From contig JAFXSR010000012.1 in NCBI GenBank assembly GCA_017525505.1, forward strand, positions 234,502 to 298,501: DNA of 64,000 nucleotides, given 5' to 3'. Below, piece after piece: positions 28,608 to 37,690 of this stretch. Source of the stretch: Bacteroidales bacterium (GTDB lineage: Bacteria; Bacteroidota; Bacteroidia; Bacteroidales; WCHB1-69). The position numbers and the translations under genes are program-made. Below the pieces are notes generated by a model. The model did no database searches. It was given only the letters and a program-made list of their open reading frames with translations, and was not told where the DNA came from. Numbering within the stretch: position 1 is the first letter of the stretch; each line of letters starts with the position of its first letter.

Positions 28608-29746
28608 CCATATATCGCTCCTCCGCACGAATCCTGCCGTGAACCTGTTACCGAAGCGAGGCAGTTGGGTAATCCGTTGGCACGGAGGAAACCCAAAAAG
28701 GCGAAGATGATGGCTTCTTTGAAGTCGATGGTTTTGTCGTCGGGAATGATGACTTGCCCGTGGATTTTCTGGCGGATGAGGTCGATGAGGAAACCATTAT
28801 GCGCGCCGCCGCCAGTAATGAGCAAGGTATTACCTCCGACGGAGTTGCATGCATTTGCAATTTGCTCGGCGATGTGCTCGCACACGGTTCGCATCTGGTC
28901 GGGAATGCTCAACTGACATTGCTCTAGGATTGGAAAGAACTGATCGTCTATCCACTCCCTCCCCAAAGATTTGGTTCCGCTTTGTTGATAGTAATCCAGT
29001 TGGTTGAGCTTTTCTAGTAAAAGGGTGTCGATGTGGCCACTTTGAGCAATGGCTCCGTCCGCATCATACTCTTGTCCCAGCTGACGGGCTAATTGGTTTA
29101 GCACGATGTTGCAGGGCGAGATGTCGTATGCCTTGCGTTGACCGTTTTCGCGGTACGATAGGTTGCTGATGCCGCCGAGGTTTAGGCAGATGTCGTATTG
29201 CCCGAATAGCAATTCGTCGCCAATAGGCACCAAGGGTGCGCCTTGTCCGCCCAGAGCCACATCCAACGTACGAAAATCGCAAACTACAGGCTTGCCACAG
29301 GTGGCGGCAATGTCCGCTCCACTGCCAATTTGCAGGGTCATGCCTAACTCGGGCCGATGAAAAACAGTATGCCCATGCGAGGCGATCAGATCCACTTCTT
29401 CGGCAAAACCAGCCATGAACTCATTAACTTGTGCTCCGATATAGCGGCCCAACTCGTTGTGCAACAACGCCAGCTCATAGCCTGAAAGGGTCATGGCTTG
29501 AGCAAGCTTTTGCTTCAACGCCTCGGGGTAAGGTATGGTTGTCGCTTTACGGACTTCATAGCTCCAGTTTCTTTTGTCGGTGGTTGAGATTTGACGCCCT
29601 GCCGTCTTAACGTCATTAAGCGGCTTGGCGGGTTTAGTTCTTCCTTTTTCCACTTTGAATACACAATAAGCCAAGTCCACCCCGTCCAACGAGGTGCCCG
29701 ACATGATGCCGATAACGTGAGAGTATTTCAGTGGGAAAGAATTCAT
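28595..29746 (-). CDS. anmK: Anhydro-N-acetylmuramic acid kinase
   Basis: GIMSGTSLDGVD, SHGHTVFH, DFRTLDVALGGQGAPLVP, NLGGISN, TGGGAHN, KEA. Confidence 0.96.
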   Translation of the reverse strand: MNSFPLKYSHVIGIMSGTSLDGVDLAYCVFKVEKGRTKPAKPLNDVKTAGRQISTTDKRNWSYEVRKATTIPYPEALKQKLAQAMTLSGYELALLHNELGRYIGAQVNEFMAGFAEEVDLIASHGHTVFHRPELGMTLQIGSGADIAATCGKPVVCDFRTLDVALGGQGAPLVPIGDELLFGQYDICLNLGGISNLSYRENGQRKAYDISPCNIVLNQLARQLGQEYDADGAIAQSGHIDTLLLEKLNQLDYYQQSGTKSLGREWIDDQFFPILEQCQLSIPDQMRTVCEHIAEQIANACNSVGGNTLLITGGGAHNGFLIDLIRQKIHGQVIIPDDKTIDFKEAIIFAFLGFLRANGLPNCLASVTGSRQDSCGGAIYGVDN

Positions 29747-29800
29747 ATCACCGAGTGTCCTTGTTTTGCTCGTCTTTCTATTTTTTGTGGATAAAGTGTT

Positions 29801-31075
29801 TTATTGCAGTAATGCAAGTCTGTCTAAGTGAATAGTATGCGAGCCTTTCACAAGAATAAGGGCGTTGCTGACTGGATTTGCGGCAAAATAGTTGTTGGCT
29901 TCTTCCACGTTGTCAAAGCTGTGAGGATTGCCAGCCAGTTGCTTTTGGAACTCGCTGCCCACAAAATAAGTCTCGATATGGTTGTCTTGGCAAAGTTTGA
30001 TAATGCGCGCATGCTCCTCGTGGCTCACACTGCCCAGCTCTCGCATGTCGCCAATGACGGCTACTTTGTGCGGATGCTCGATGCCGATGAGGTTATTCAG
30101 GGCGGCCGTCATGCTGGTGGGGTTGGCGTTGTAGTAGTCGGCAATGATGGTGTTGCTGCCCTTGTGCTCCACCTGCGAGCGATGGTTGGCAGGCTGATAT
30201 TGGGCGATGGCGGCGCAAATGTCCTCGTTACTCACCCCGAAGTGGTGGCCGACAGCCGCTGCGGCCAGCATATTATACAGGTTGTAGGCTCCCGTCAGAT
30301 GGGTGTCCACCGTTTGCCCGAAAAGTTCGATGCTGATGAGGCCGTCATTGCGGACAATACGCCCGTTGATGTCAGCTTGCTTTTGGGTGGCGTAGGTAAC
30401 AATTGACTGGTATTTAAGGTCTTGTGTAAGAATATCATCGTCAATATTGACAAACAGGATGCCTTTGGAGCCCATGACACTGCGGTACAGGGCTTTTTTG
30501 GTGGTGATGATGTTCTCTTTGGAAAGAAAGCCTTCGATATGGGCGACACCGATGTTGGTGATGAGTCCATAATTGGGCATGGATAGTTCGCAGAGATCAG
30601 CGATTTCGCCGGGGTGGCTGGCTCCCATCTCCACAATGGCAATTTGATGCTCGTCGGTGATGCTCAGCAGGGTGAGAGGTACACCGATATGGTTGTTCAG
30701 GTTGCCTTGGGTGTAGCTTGTTTTATATTTTCGTGACAGTACGGTGGCTACCAGCTCTTTGGTGGTGGTTTTTCCGTTGCTGCCAGTAATGCCGATGACC
30801 GGAATCTGCAGCTGTTGGCGGTGGTATTTGGCCAATTGTTGCAAGGTCTTCAAACTGTCATCCACCACCACACAATAGGGGTTGTCTTTCAAATCCTGAC
30901 GTTCGGTGACCACGTATGCGGCACCTGCTTCCAAAGCCTGGGTGGCGAAATTGTTGCCGTCGAAATTTTCTCCTTTCAGACAGAAAAAGAGAGACTGGGG
31001 GATGATGTTCCGGGTATCGGTGCAGATTTGCGGGAATTGCCGGTACAGTTTGTATAGATTCTCCATGGTATTCAT
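29801..31075 (-). CDS. murF: UDP-N-acetylmuramoyl-tripeptide--D-Ala-D-Ala ligase
   Basis: ITGSNGKTTTKE, NLNNHIGVPLT, DYYNANPTSM, GDMRELG; start at 31075 or 31066 given the promoter element at 31094-31101. Confidence 0.96.
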   Translation of the reverse strand: MNTMENLYKLYRQFPQICTDTRNIIPQSLFFCLKGENFDGNNFATQALEAGAAYVVTERQDLKDNPYCVVVDDSLKTLQQLAKYHRQQLQIPVIGITGSNGKTTTKELVATVLSRKYKTSYTQGNLNNHIGVPLTLLSITDEHQIAIVEMGASHPGEIADLCELSMPNYGLITNIGVAHIEGFLSKENIITTKKALYRSVMGSKGILFVNIDDDILTQDLKYQSIVTYATQKQADINGRIVRNDGLISIELFGQTVDTHLTGAYNLYNMLAAAAVGHHFGVSNEDICAAIAQYQPANHRSQVEHKGSNTIIADYYNANPTSMTAALNNLIGIEHPHKVAVIGDMRELGSVSHEEHARIIKLCQDNHIETYFVGSEFQKQLAGNPHSFDNVEEANNYFAANPVSNALILVKGSHTIHLDRLALLQ

Positions 31076-31246
31076 TGTGTTGAATAAAAAAAGCAAATTT
31101 ACATAAATTTCTCGAATTACGCGCAGACGAATAAATTTTTGCAGGAATGTGGTACAATGTGTTTTCCGGGATGCATTTGAGAAAAATAGAGGAAAGATAC
31201 GATTTTTTTCAATTGGCAAATGTGTTAACCGACAAATTTATAGATA

Positions 31247-31283
31247 AAAAAACCCTCTTGCCAATAAGGTCGAAGAGGGGTTT
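31247..31283 (-). terminator. Intrinsic terminator after the FISUMP lipoprotein gene
   Basis: CCCTCTT/AAGAGGG inverted repeat with an A run on the plus strand. Confidence 0.65.
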
Positions 31284-31311
31284 CAACAAAAATAAAAACA
31301 CGGGTCCCGTT

Positions 31312-32097
31312 TTACTTGTCGCGAACGCAGCGCACAGACATGCCTAGTTCTTTGAACTCATTGTCGGTGGTCACAAATGCCTCGTAATAGCATAAGGATC
31401 TGAATTCTGCCATCATGTTGTTGGCTGCGGTGCTGGTCCAGAAGAAGGCGTTGTCACCATAATATTGGGGCGTTTGGTGGCTTTCTCCCGCCGGCATGGC
31501 GGCGAAGCCACTGGCATTATTGGCCGACTGGTTGTTGCCTACGGTATTGGTGGTTGTGCATTGGTTCCAACCACTGGTGGCTGCCAAGGCTTTGGCGACA
31601 TAATTACTGTTGTTGCCACAGTAATATTCGGACTTGCTTCCAAGATAAGTTGTCAGCTCTGTCCATTCCGTTGCCGAGGGCACATGCCAGCCGCTAGGCC
31701 AGATGCCTTGTACGCCGCTTGGAGAAGCAGAACTGCCAGTGGTACCTTTCACCACAGCTGGCCAGTTGTACAAATATCCGTTTTTGCTGACCAAAGAGCT
31801 GTTGTTGTCGGGATAATAGTGGAAAGGGTTGTTTGAGCTGACATCTGTCAGCATATTGCCTAAAGGAATGGCGGTGCCGTCGTCATAGTGTGTGGTTTTC
31901 AGATTGGAGGCCATCCATACTTGATTGCCGATTTTCACAGCATTGTATGAATTTCCGTCATAATCTTTCACGGCGTTTTGAATCAGACCGTCACCAGCGG
32001 GTTCCAGGTCCTCGGAAGGTTTGTCTTTTTTGCAGGAGCTCAAGCCAAGGGCAAAAGAGAAGGCAATACAGATCATCAGATAAAAATTTCTTTTCAT
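31312..32097 (-). CDS. Fib_succ_major (FISUMP) domain lipoprotein
   Basis: Lipobox LSSC; DYDGNSYNAVKIGNQVWM, YLYNW, GWHVPS, SVRCVRD. Confidence 0.9.
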   Translation of the reverse strand: MKRNFYLMICIAFSFALGLSSCKKDKPSEDLEPAGDGLIQNAVKDYDGNSYNAVKIGNQVWMASNLKTTHYDDGTAIPLGNMLTDVSSNNPFHYYPDNNSSLVSKNGYLYNWPAVVKGTTGSSASPSGVQGIWPSGWHVPSATEWTELTTYLGSKSEYYCGNNSNYVAKALAATSGWNQCTTTNTVGNNQSANNASGFAAMPAGESHQTPQYYGDNAFFWTSTAANNMMAEFRSLCYYEAFVTTDNEFKELGMSVRCVRDK

Positions 32098-32167
32098 CGC
32101 AAATAAATTTTGGTTAAGAAATACGTTTGTTACGTCGGTATCAGATGATCATCTCCTACATATACAT

Positions 32168-32194
32168 GACGCAATAAACACCCAAAACGTTACA
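32168..32194 (-). promoter_or_regulatory. Candidate ECF sigma promoter
   Basis: Minus strand TGTAAC-N17-CGTC, matching the generic ECF -35 AAC / -10 CGT pattern. Confidence 0.5.
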
Positions 32195-32246
32195 GCAAAA
32201 TGAAAAAATTTTTTTTTGCAGATGAGAAATCTATGCTGTTTTTGTC

Positions 32247-32843
32247 CTATGCCTCAGTGGAGACTTGCTTTAGCATCTCTTTCCGCCATTTGAAATACCC
32301 CATTGTGGCGACGAGTGTGTAGAAGGCGAAGAATCCGGTCATGGCGTACAGGCCTTTCCATGCATATAGTGCGGTGGAAACGAGGTTGACCACCACCCAC
32401 AGCCACCAGTGCTCTATGTGTTTCTTGGCAAGCAGATACGTGGCCACAACGCTCAAGGCCGTGGTGAAAGAATCTCCCAGGGGCACGGGGCTGTCAGTGA
32501 GGCGGCTCAGCAGGAACCATAAGGCTACCCATATCGCTATGCCTATGAGTGTTAACCGAAGAATTTTGCTCTTCGGCATGTGGGTGATGGGCATTTCCGT
32601 GGTTTCCTTTTCCGTTATTCTGCTATTCCTTTTCCATTCAATTAAGCCGTATAAATTTGCTCCCAAATAATATGTATATACCCCTGCGTCAGCATAGAAC
32701 TTCGACTGAAAGAATATGACAATGTAAAACAGCGACATGACAATTCCCACTGGCCATAGCCAGAGTGAGGCTTTGTATTCCAAAAACAGATAGGCAAGTC
32801 CGATAGCTACGCCAATGTATTCGATGAGAGTCGCTGTGTCCAT
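32247..32843 (-). CDS. pnuC: PnuC-family vitamin transporter (probably thiamine-specific, PnuT type)
   Basis: WPVGI, DSFTTALSVVA, WWLWVVVN; downstream of a TPP-riboswitch-controlled receptor. Confidence 0.9.
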   Translation of the reverse strand: MDTATLIEYIGVAIGLAYLFLEYKASLWLWPVGIVMSLFYIVIFFQSKFYADAGVYTYYLGANLYGLIEWKRNSRITEKETTEMPITHMPKSKILRLTLIGIAIWVALWFLLSRLTDSPVPLGDSFTTALSVVATYLLAKKHIEHWWLWVVVNLVSTALYAWKGLYAMTGFFAFYTLVATMGYFKWRKEMLKQVSTEA

Positions 32844-32874
32844 TTTTTTCGTTTTTTTTGTCAAGGCGTGAAGA

Positions 32875-32965
32875 CATGCACTTCGTGCATTCGGTTAGGC
32901 GTTATTGCAATTTTCGTCTTAACGAGCGAACGAAGTGAGCGTCTCCACGTCTCCACGTCTTCACG
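32875..32965. repeat. About 91-bp intergenic element, copy 1
   Basis: Near-identical to 35561-35651 (CATGCACTTCGT...CGTCTTAACGAGCGAACGAAGTGAGCGTCT.CACGTCTCCACG); partial relatives at about 21963-22020 and 39772-39838. Confidence 0.85.
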
Positions 32966-32966
32966 G

Positions 32967-35276
32967 TTACTTGGAAAATTTAATCCTCACCCCACCCATA
33001 AAGTTAATCGTGGCTTGGGGGAAGTAGCCGTCGTCGTAGCATTCAACGCCTTCATAAATGTAGCGGTACACCCATGCGTTGCTTTCATATTTGGCATTGA
33101 AGAGGTTGTTGATGCGGAAGAATAACTCAATGTCTTTCACGGGTTTGGTGTGGAAACAGTAGCTGAGGTTCAGATTGGTGACGCAGTATGGCTTCAGTGA
33201 GTATGTTTTGTTGCTGCTGTTGTCGAGATACTGGCGGCTTACGAACTGGGTGGTGAGGCTGATGTTGAAGTTGTCCACAGGGGTTACGATAAACTCGTTA
33301 GAGGCTATGATGTTGGGAGAGAAGGAAATGTCCGTGGTGCCAAGGTGTTTGACAACTTGTCCGCCATTATCCCAGTCGTCCACATATTCGGTATAGTCCA
33401 ATATCTTGTTCAAGCTGAAGGTTCCTTTGATGTTCCAGGTGAAGTATTTGATGGGTTTGTAGGCAGACACCAATTCGATACCCAAACGGTAACTTTTATC
33501 GACATTGGTCATGATGGCAGCGCCTACGTTGTTGATTTCACCGGTCAGCACCAGCTGCTTGTCATAATACATGAAGTATGCGTTGGCGTTGAATGCGTAT
33601 TTTTTGTACTGCATGCGGTAGCCCAGTTCCACATCATACAGCGTCTCGGGTACGGGTTTCTTGTCTGCGGGGGCTTCGATGAGGTCGGAACGGGTGGGCT
33701 CGCGTTGTGATCGGGCCAGTGAAAGATACATGCTATGGTGTCTGTTTTGATCCAAATCCACACATACACCGGCTTTGGGGTTGAAGAAATGCCACAGGTG
33801 TTTTTGTCCAATATCTGTCAACTCATCGTCAGTACCTGCGATGACATAGTTTATCATCCTGTATTGCAGATCGATGTATGTGTACCAGCGGCCTTGGCTA
33901 TAGTCCAAAGTACCATAGATATTGAATTGTGTTTTGTCACCCGTCCCGTCGTACCAGTGGTAGTTGTCTGGTACACCGCCAAATTGGGCCCATTCAAAGG
34001 TGCCGTAATGCTTGCCGTCGTAATGGTTCAGGCTACCACCTACTGACCATGACAGCTGGTTGTTGATACCTTTATTACCTACTTTCAGGAAAGACTGTTT
34101 AACGCTGAAGGTCATGCCATAGAAATAATTGTCCAGATATTTACGGGTGACAAAATCGCCACGACGAATGGTGTCCTCTCCAATGATAGGATTGTCCAAA
34201 GCGTATTTGGAGTATTTTTTATCCTGTTTGTATTGTTCGTAATAGCCAATGCCGCGGGTAAAATGTCCGGCCACATTCACTTTGAGAAAGTTCCGGTCAG
34301 TGATGCGCTTGTGGTAGTCGTAAAATAGCTGGGTATGGAGCTGCTGATAATTGTCGGTTTCATTGAAATAATGATGTTTCATTCCGGTGGCATCGTAAAA
34401 TTCACCACAATTATTGTAGCGACGGTTGGTGTCAAGCATATAGGAAGGAACACCGTTCCATGCCAGACCGGTTTTCTCGTTACCATATAATATATTAAGC
34501 TTCAGTTTACCGTAGTCTTTGTTTTTCTTTTTGTTTTTCAGATAGAAATCGCTGGAAAAGAAAAGGCTATGTAATTTGGCGGAAGAGAAGTTGATATAAC
34601 CATCACTCAGCACATTGGAATAGGATATGGTGGCGGCGAAGACATCGCCGATCAGTCCTGTACAGAAGGTGGCGGAATTGCGGAAGGTGTTGAATGAACC
34701 GGCGGTGCTGCTGATTTCGAAGTAACGCCGGTGCGAGTTGTCGAGTGTGGCAAAATCCATGGTGGCACCGAAGGCGGCGGAGCCGTTGTTGGAAGTGCCC
34801 ACACCACGCTGTACGTTCAACTGCTGTACCTTGGAGCCGAAGTCGGGCACATTGACAAACCAGGAGCCTTGAGACTCGGCATCATTTAAGGCTATACCGT
34901 TGATGGTGACGTTGATGCGCGTCTGGTCGATACCGCGGATTCGCATATAGGTGTACCCAATACCGGTTCCTGCGTCAGAGGTAGTGATCATGGAAGGCAC
35001 CATATCAAACAGGTTGTTGATGCTGCCGTTGCCAATATTGCTGTTGATTTCGTCCTTGTTGATGCTGGTGGCGGAGAACATCTCCTCGCCGCTGGGTTTG
35101 GTCCAGCTGATGCCCACTCCCTCCAGCAAGATAGGGCTCAGCGAGTCGGGAATGCTTTGGGCTTGTGCTCCCAGAATTCCGGCCAGCATGGCCAGCAGGC
35201 AGGTAATGGCTACATTTGAAAAATTCGGTTTCCTCTTGGAGGAAGAGTTTTGTTTTTGATTTGCGAAATACTTCAT
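32967..35276 (-). CDS. TonB-dependent outer-membrane receptor, probably for thiamine
   Basis: Plug motif IRGIDQTRINVTINGIALND, C-terminal INNLFNAKY...GGVRIKF; TPP riboswitch upstream. Confidence 0.9.
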   Translation of the reverse strand: MKYFANQKQNSSSKRKPNFSNVAITCLLAMLAGILGAQAQSIPDSLSPILLEGVGISWTKPSGEEMFSATSINKDEINSNIGNGSINNLFDMVPSMITTSDAGTGIGYTYMRIRGIDQTRINVTINGIALNDAESQGSWFVNVPDFGSKVQQLNVQRGVGTSNNGSAAFGATMDFATLDNSHRRYFEISSTAGSFNTFRNSATFCTGLIGDVFAATISYSNVLSDGYINFSSAKLHSLFFSSDFYLKNKKKNKDYGKLKLNILYGNEKTGLAWNGVPSYMLDTNRRYNNCGEFYDATGMKHHYFNETDNYQQLHTQLFYDYHKRITDRNFLKVNVAGHFTRGIGYYEQYKQDKKYSKYALDNPIIGEDTIRRGDFVTRKYLDNYFYGMTFSVKQSFLKVGNKGINNQLSWSVGGSLNHYDGKHYGTFEWAQFGGVPDNYHWYDGTGDKTQFNIYGTLDYSQGRWYTYIDLQYRMINYVIAGTDDELTDIGQKHLWHFFNPKAGVCVDLDQNRHHSMYLSLARSQREPTRSDLIEAPADKKPVPETLYDVELGYRMQYKKYAFNANAYFMYYDKQLVLTGEINNVGAAIMTNVDKSYRLGIELVSAYKPIKYFTWNIKGTFSLNKILDYTEYVDDWDNGGQVVKHLGTTDISFSPNIIASNEFIVTPVDNFNISLTTQFVSRQYLDNSSNKTYSLKPYCVTNLNLSYCFHTKPVKDIELFFRINNLFNAKYESNAWVYRYIYEGVECYDDGYFPQATINFMGGVRIKFSK

Positions 35277-35340
35277 TTCTTTCCGTTTTAAGGTTAATAC
35301 TAAAAACGAAAGAGGTTGAAATAAGTAAGACTACTGCAAT

Positions 35341-35410
35341 TTTTCCCTTCGTCGGCATTATCCGTATCAGGTTCATTGGGTATGATCTCAGCTGTTAAGC
35401 ACCCCTTTCA
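35341..35410 (-). ncRNA. TPP riboswitch aptamer
   Basis: Minus strand GGGGTGC..GCTGAGATCATACCC..GAACCTGATACGGATAATGCCGACGAAGGGA carries the CUGAGA, ACCUGAU, AUAAUGCC and GAAGGGA hallmarks; -7 element TATTTTTG at 35422-35429. Confidence 0.95.
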
Positions 35411-35560
35411 AAATTCGGCTGCAAAAATACAAAGAAATTAGCAAATTAGCAAATTAGTTAATGAGCTAATTGTCAATATGTTAGTCTGCTAATGAAATTG
35501 GTGAATTGGATAATTGGCAAAAGAATCCAATAATCTCGTGAAGGTGTTAAAGCGTTAAGT

Positions 35561-35651
35561 CATGCACTTCGTTCCTTCGGTTAGGCGTTATCTCAATTAT
35601 CGTCTTAACGAGCGAACGAAGTGAGCGTCTTCACGTCTCCACGTCTTAACG
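35561..35651. repeat. About 91-bp intergenic element, copy 2
   Basis: Direct repeat of 32875-32965, abutting the stop codon of the 35652 gene. Confidence 0.85.
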
Positions 35652-36443
35652 TTAGTATATATACGGGAAAATCTTATACCTCTTCAGCTTTGTAAACTCC
35701 TCGCCGAAAAATTGGGTGTAGCGCTCGTAAACTGCCTTGGAGCGGGGCACGATGTTGGCGAAACTCCAGATGACGAACACCAAGCCAGCCATCGACCAGC
35801 AGAGTACGGCAAAGCCTACCCATTCCAGAATCTCGCCGAAATAATTGGCGGAGCTGATTTTCTTGAAAGGCCAGCCGTAGGGTATATAATAATTGTTGTC
35901 ATATTTGTCTTTGCGCAGGTCCCGGATGATGCGGTCGGCGGACAGGTTGATGACCATTCCCAAGAAGAAGAGGAAGGTGCCGATGATGAACTGTGGCGAC
36001 CAGAACCAGCTGATGGGATAATAGTCGGGATCGGTAGGTGCGAGATAAAACAGCCATCCGCCCTGCATTAAAGCATTGCAAGTATTAAAAAACACACCCA
36101 CAACGATGATGGAAATGGGCATCATGCTGGTGCCTTTCATCAGTGAGGGAAAAATGATGGATCGTTGCAGATAATGAATCTCAAAGAAGCAAAACATGGT
36201 GAAAGTTACCCAATTGAAAGGACGCCCATATCGCAAGGAAATGAGGTACATGATCAGCATGGCTGCGAAAACAGGTATTTCCATGATAAACCAGCCGGTC
36301 TTACTTCTTACGGAGGCTCCCCATCTGTTGTTGTAGGTCATGCCGTATGCAGGGGTGATGAATTGTAATATGATGAAAACGATCACCCCCAGGATGGTCA
36401 TAATCCATAAGAGATATTGATGAAAAATGCCGAAAATTTCCAT
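35652..36443 (-). CDS. 3-oxo-5-alpha-steroid 4-dehydrogenase (steroid 5-alpha-reductase family) membrane protein
   Basis: PAYG, GWFIMEIP, HYLQRSIIFP, YYIPYG, ANYFGEILEWVGFA, IFPYIY. Confidence 0.88.
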   Translation of the reverse strand: MEIFGIFHQYLLWIMTILGVIVFIILQFITPAYGMTYNNRWGASVRSKTGWFIMEIPVFAAMLIMYLISLRYGRPFNWVTFTMFCFFEIHYLQRSIIFPSLMKGTSMMPISIIVVGVFFNTCNALMQGGWLFYLAPTDPDYYPISWFWSPQFIIGTFLFFLGMVINLSADRIIRDLRKDKYDNNYYIPYGWPFKKISSANYFGEILEWVGFAVLCWSMAGLVFVIWSFANIVPRSKAVYERYTQFFGEEFTKLKRYKIFPYIY

Positions 36444-36469
36444 TTTGCTATTGTATTATGTTTGCGTCA

Positions 36470-36511
36470 CTACCCGCCCTTCAGGCACCCCTCCAAAAAA
36501 GAAGGGAATTT
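36470..36511. repeat. REP-like palindromic remnant
   Basis: CTACCCGCCCTTCAGGCACCCCTCC-AAAAAA-GAAGGGAA double-hairpin motif in an intergenic gap. Confidence 0.45.
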
Positions 36512-36519
36512 TATGGGAT

Positions 36520-37530
36520 TTATGTCAGTTTCTGTCCATCGTAGTATTTTTTGTGTTTGATAAAGCGGGCGAAAACGATGGAGTGGGGGTAGGTCTGACG
36601 GAAAGCCTGTTCGGTAATCTGACCCCGTTTTTGTTTCATGGCCTTGGCGCCTTTCCAGAACTCGTACATGGCATGGAAGACGGCGTTGAAGTCTTTGCGG
36701 TGGCCTTGCATGAGGAAGACGAAGGCCGCCAGAATGTCCAGGAAAAAGCGGATGAAGAAGGTGATGAACAACCGTCTTTCAGGCAAATTCTTAAGCAGTA
36801 AAAACAGATCGTTGCGGTAGTTGAGGTAAGTCTTGAAGGAGTTGTCCTTGGGCAATGTGCCACCGCCGATATGATAGACCACCGACTGATGGTTGAACAT
36901 GATTTTATAGCCAGCGTTGTTGATGCGCCAGCAGAAGTCGATTTCCTCCATGTGGGCGAAAAAGTCATCGTCGAGTCCGCCCAGCTGGTGAAAGATTTCG
37001 CTGCGGACGAACAAGGTGGCTCCTGAAGCCCAGAAAATCTGGATGTCGCTGTCATATTGACCTTTGTCTTCTTCCAAAACGTCGAAGAACCGGCCGCGAC
37101 AGAAGGGGTAACCGTATTTGTCGAGGAAACCTCCCGCGGCACCGGCATATTCGAATTGTTTGCGGTTGTGGTATGACAACAGTTTGGGTTGGACTGCGGC
37201 TATGTTTTCGTCAGCCTCCATTTGGGCGATAACAGGCTCTGTCCAGTGAGGGGTGACCTCAATGTCGGAGTTCAGCAGACAGTAGTATTTGGCCTCGATT
37301 TGGCGTAATCCCACGTTGTACCCTTTGGCAAAACCATAATTCTCTTCGTTGATGATGACACGGAGCTGCGGGTAGTTTTCAGCGAGAAAGGCCACAGAGT
37401 CGTCGGAGGAGGCGTTGTCGATAATCACCACCTCGGTGTCGGTGTCGCAATTGGCTAAAAGCGTGGGGAGGAAACGTTCCAGAAAGTGTTTCCCATTCCA
37501 GTTCAATATCGCGATAGCCAGTTGTGTCAT
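36520..37530 (-). CDS. Glycosyltransferase family 2
   Basis: ILNWNG, IDNASSDDS, LLNSD, HMEEIDFCWR. Confidence 0.93.
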   Translation of the reverse strand: MTQLAIAILNWNGKHFLERFLPTLLANCDTDTEVVIIDNASSDDSVAFLAENYPQLRVIINEENYGFAKGYNVGLRQIEAKYYCLLNSDIEVTPHWTEPVIAQMEADENIAAVQPKLLSYHNRKQFEYAGAAGGFLDKYGYPFCRGRFFDVLEEDKGQYDSDIQIFWASGATLFVRSEIFHQLGGLDDDFFAHMEEIDFCWRINNAGYKIMFNHQSVVYHIGGGTLPKDNSFKTYLNYRNDLFLLLKNLPERRLFITFFIRFFLDILAAFVFLMQGHRKDFNAVFHAMYEFWKGAKAMKQKRGQITEQAFRQTYPHSIVFARFIKHKKYYDGQKLT

Positions 37531-37605
37531 TTTCTATATGAATAAAAATGCAAAGATACAATTTTTTTCAATTAGCAAATTAGTTAATTGAAAAATGTGC
37601 AAATC

Positions 37606-37690
37606 TCCTAACACCTAACACCTAACACCTGATCTCTAACACCTGATCCCTATCCGTCAGTTTTCAACTTTCAACTTTCAGTTTTCAACT
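37606..37690 (-). repeat. Degenerate heptamer tandem repeats at the SDR stop codon
   Basis: Sense strand AGTTGAA AACTGAA AGTTGAA AGTTGAA AACTGA, then GATCAGG TGTTAGA GATCAGG TGTTAGG TGTTAGG TGTTAGG. Confidence 0.8.

Noticed and set aside
31076-31219. Long N-terminal extensions in the ORF track (murF; likewise rplS 21408, 45432, 46652, 50107, 38479)
   Set aside because: They run through promoter elements, repeats or upstream genes; downstream ATGs match the family starts better.
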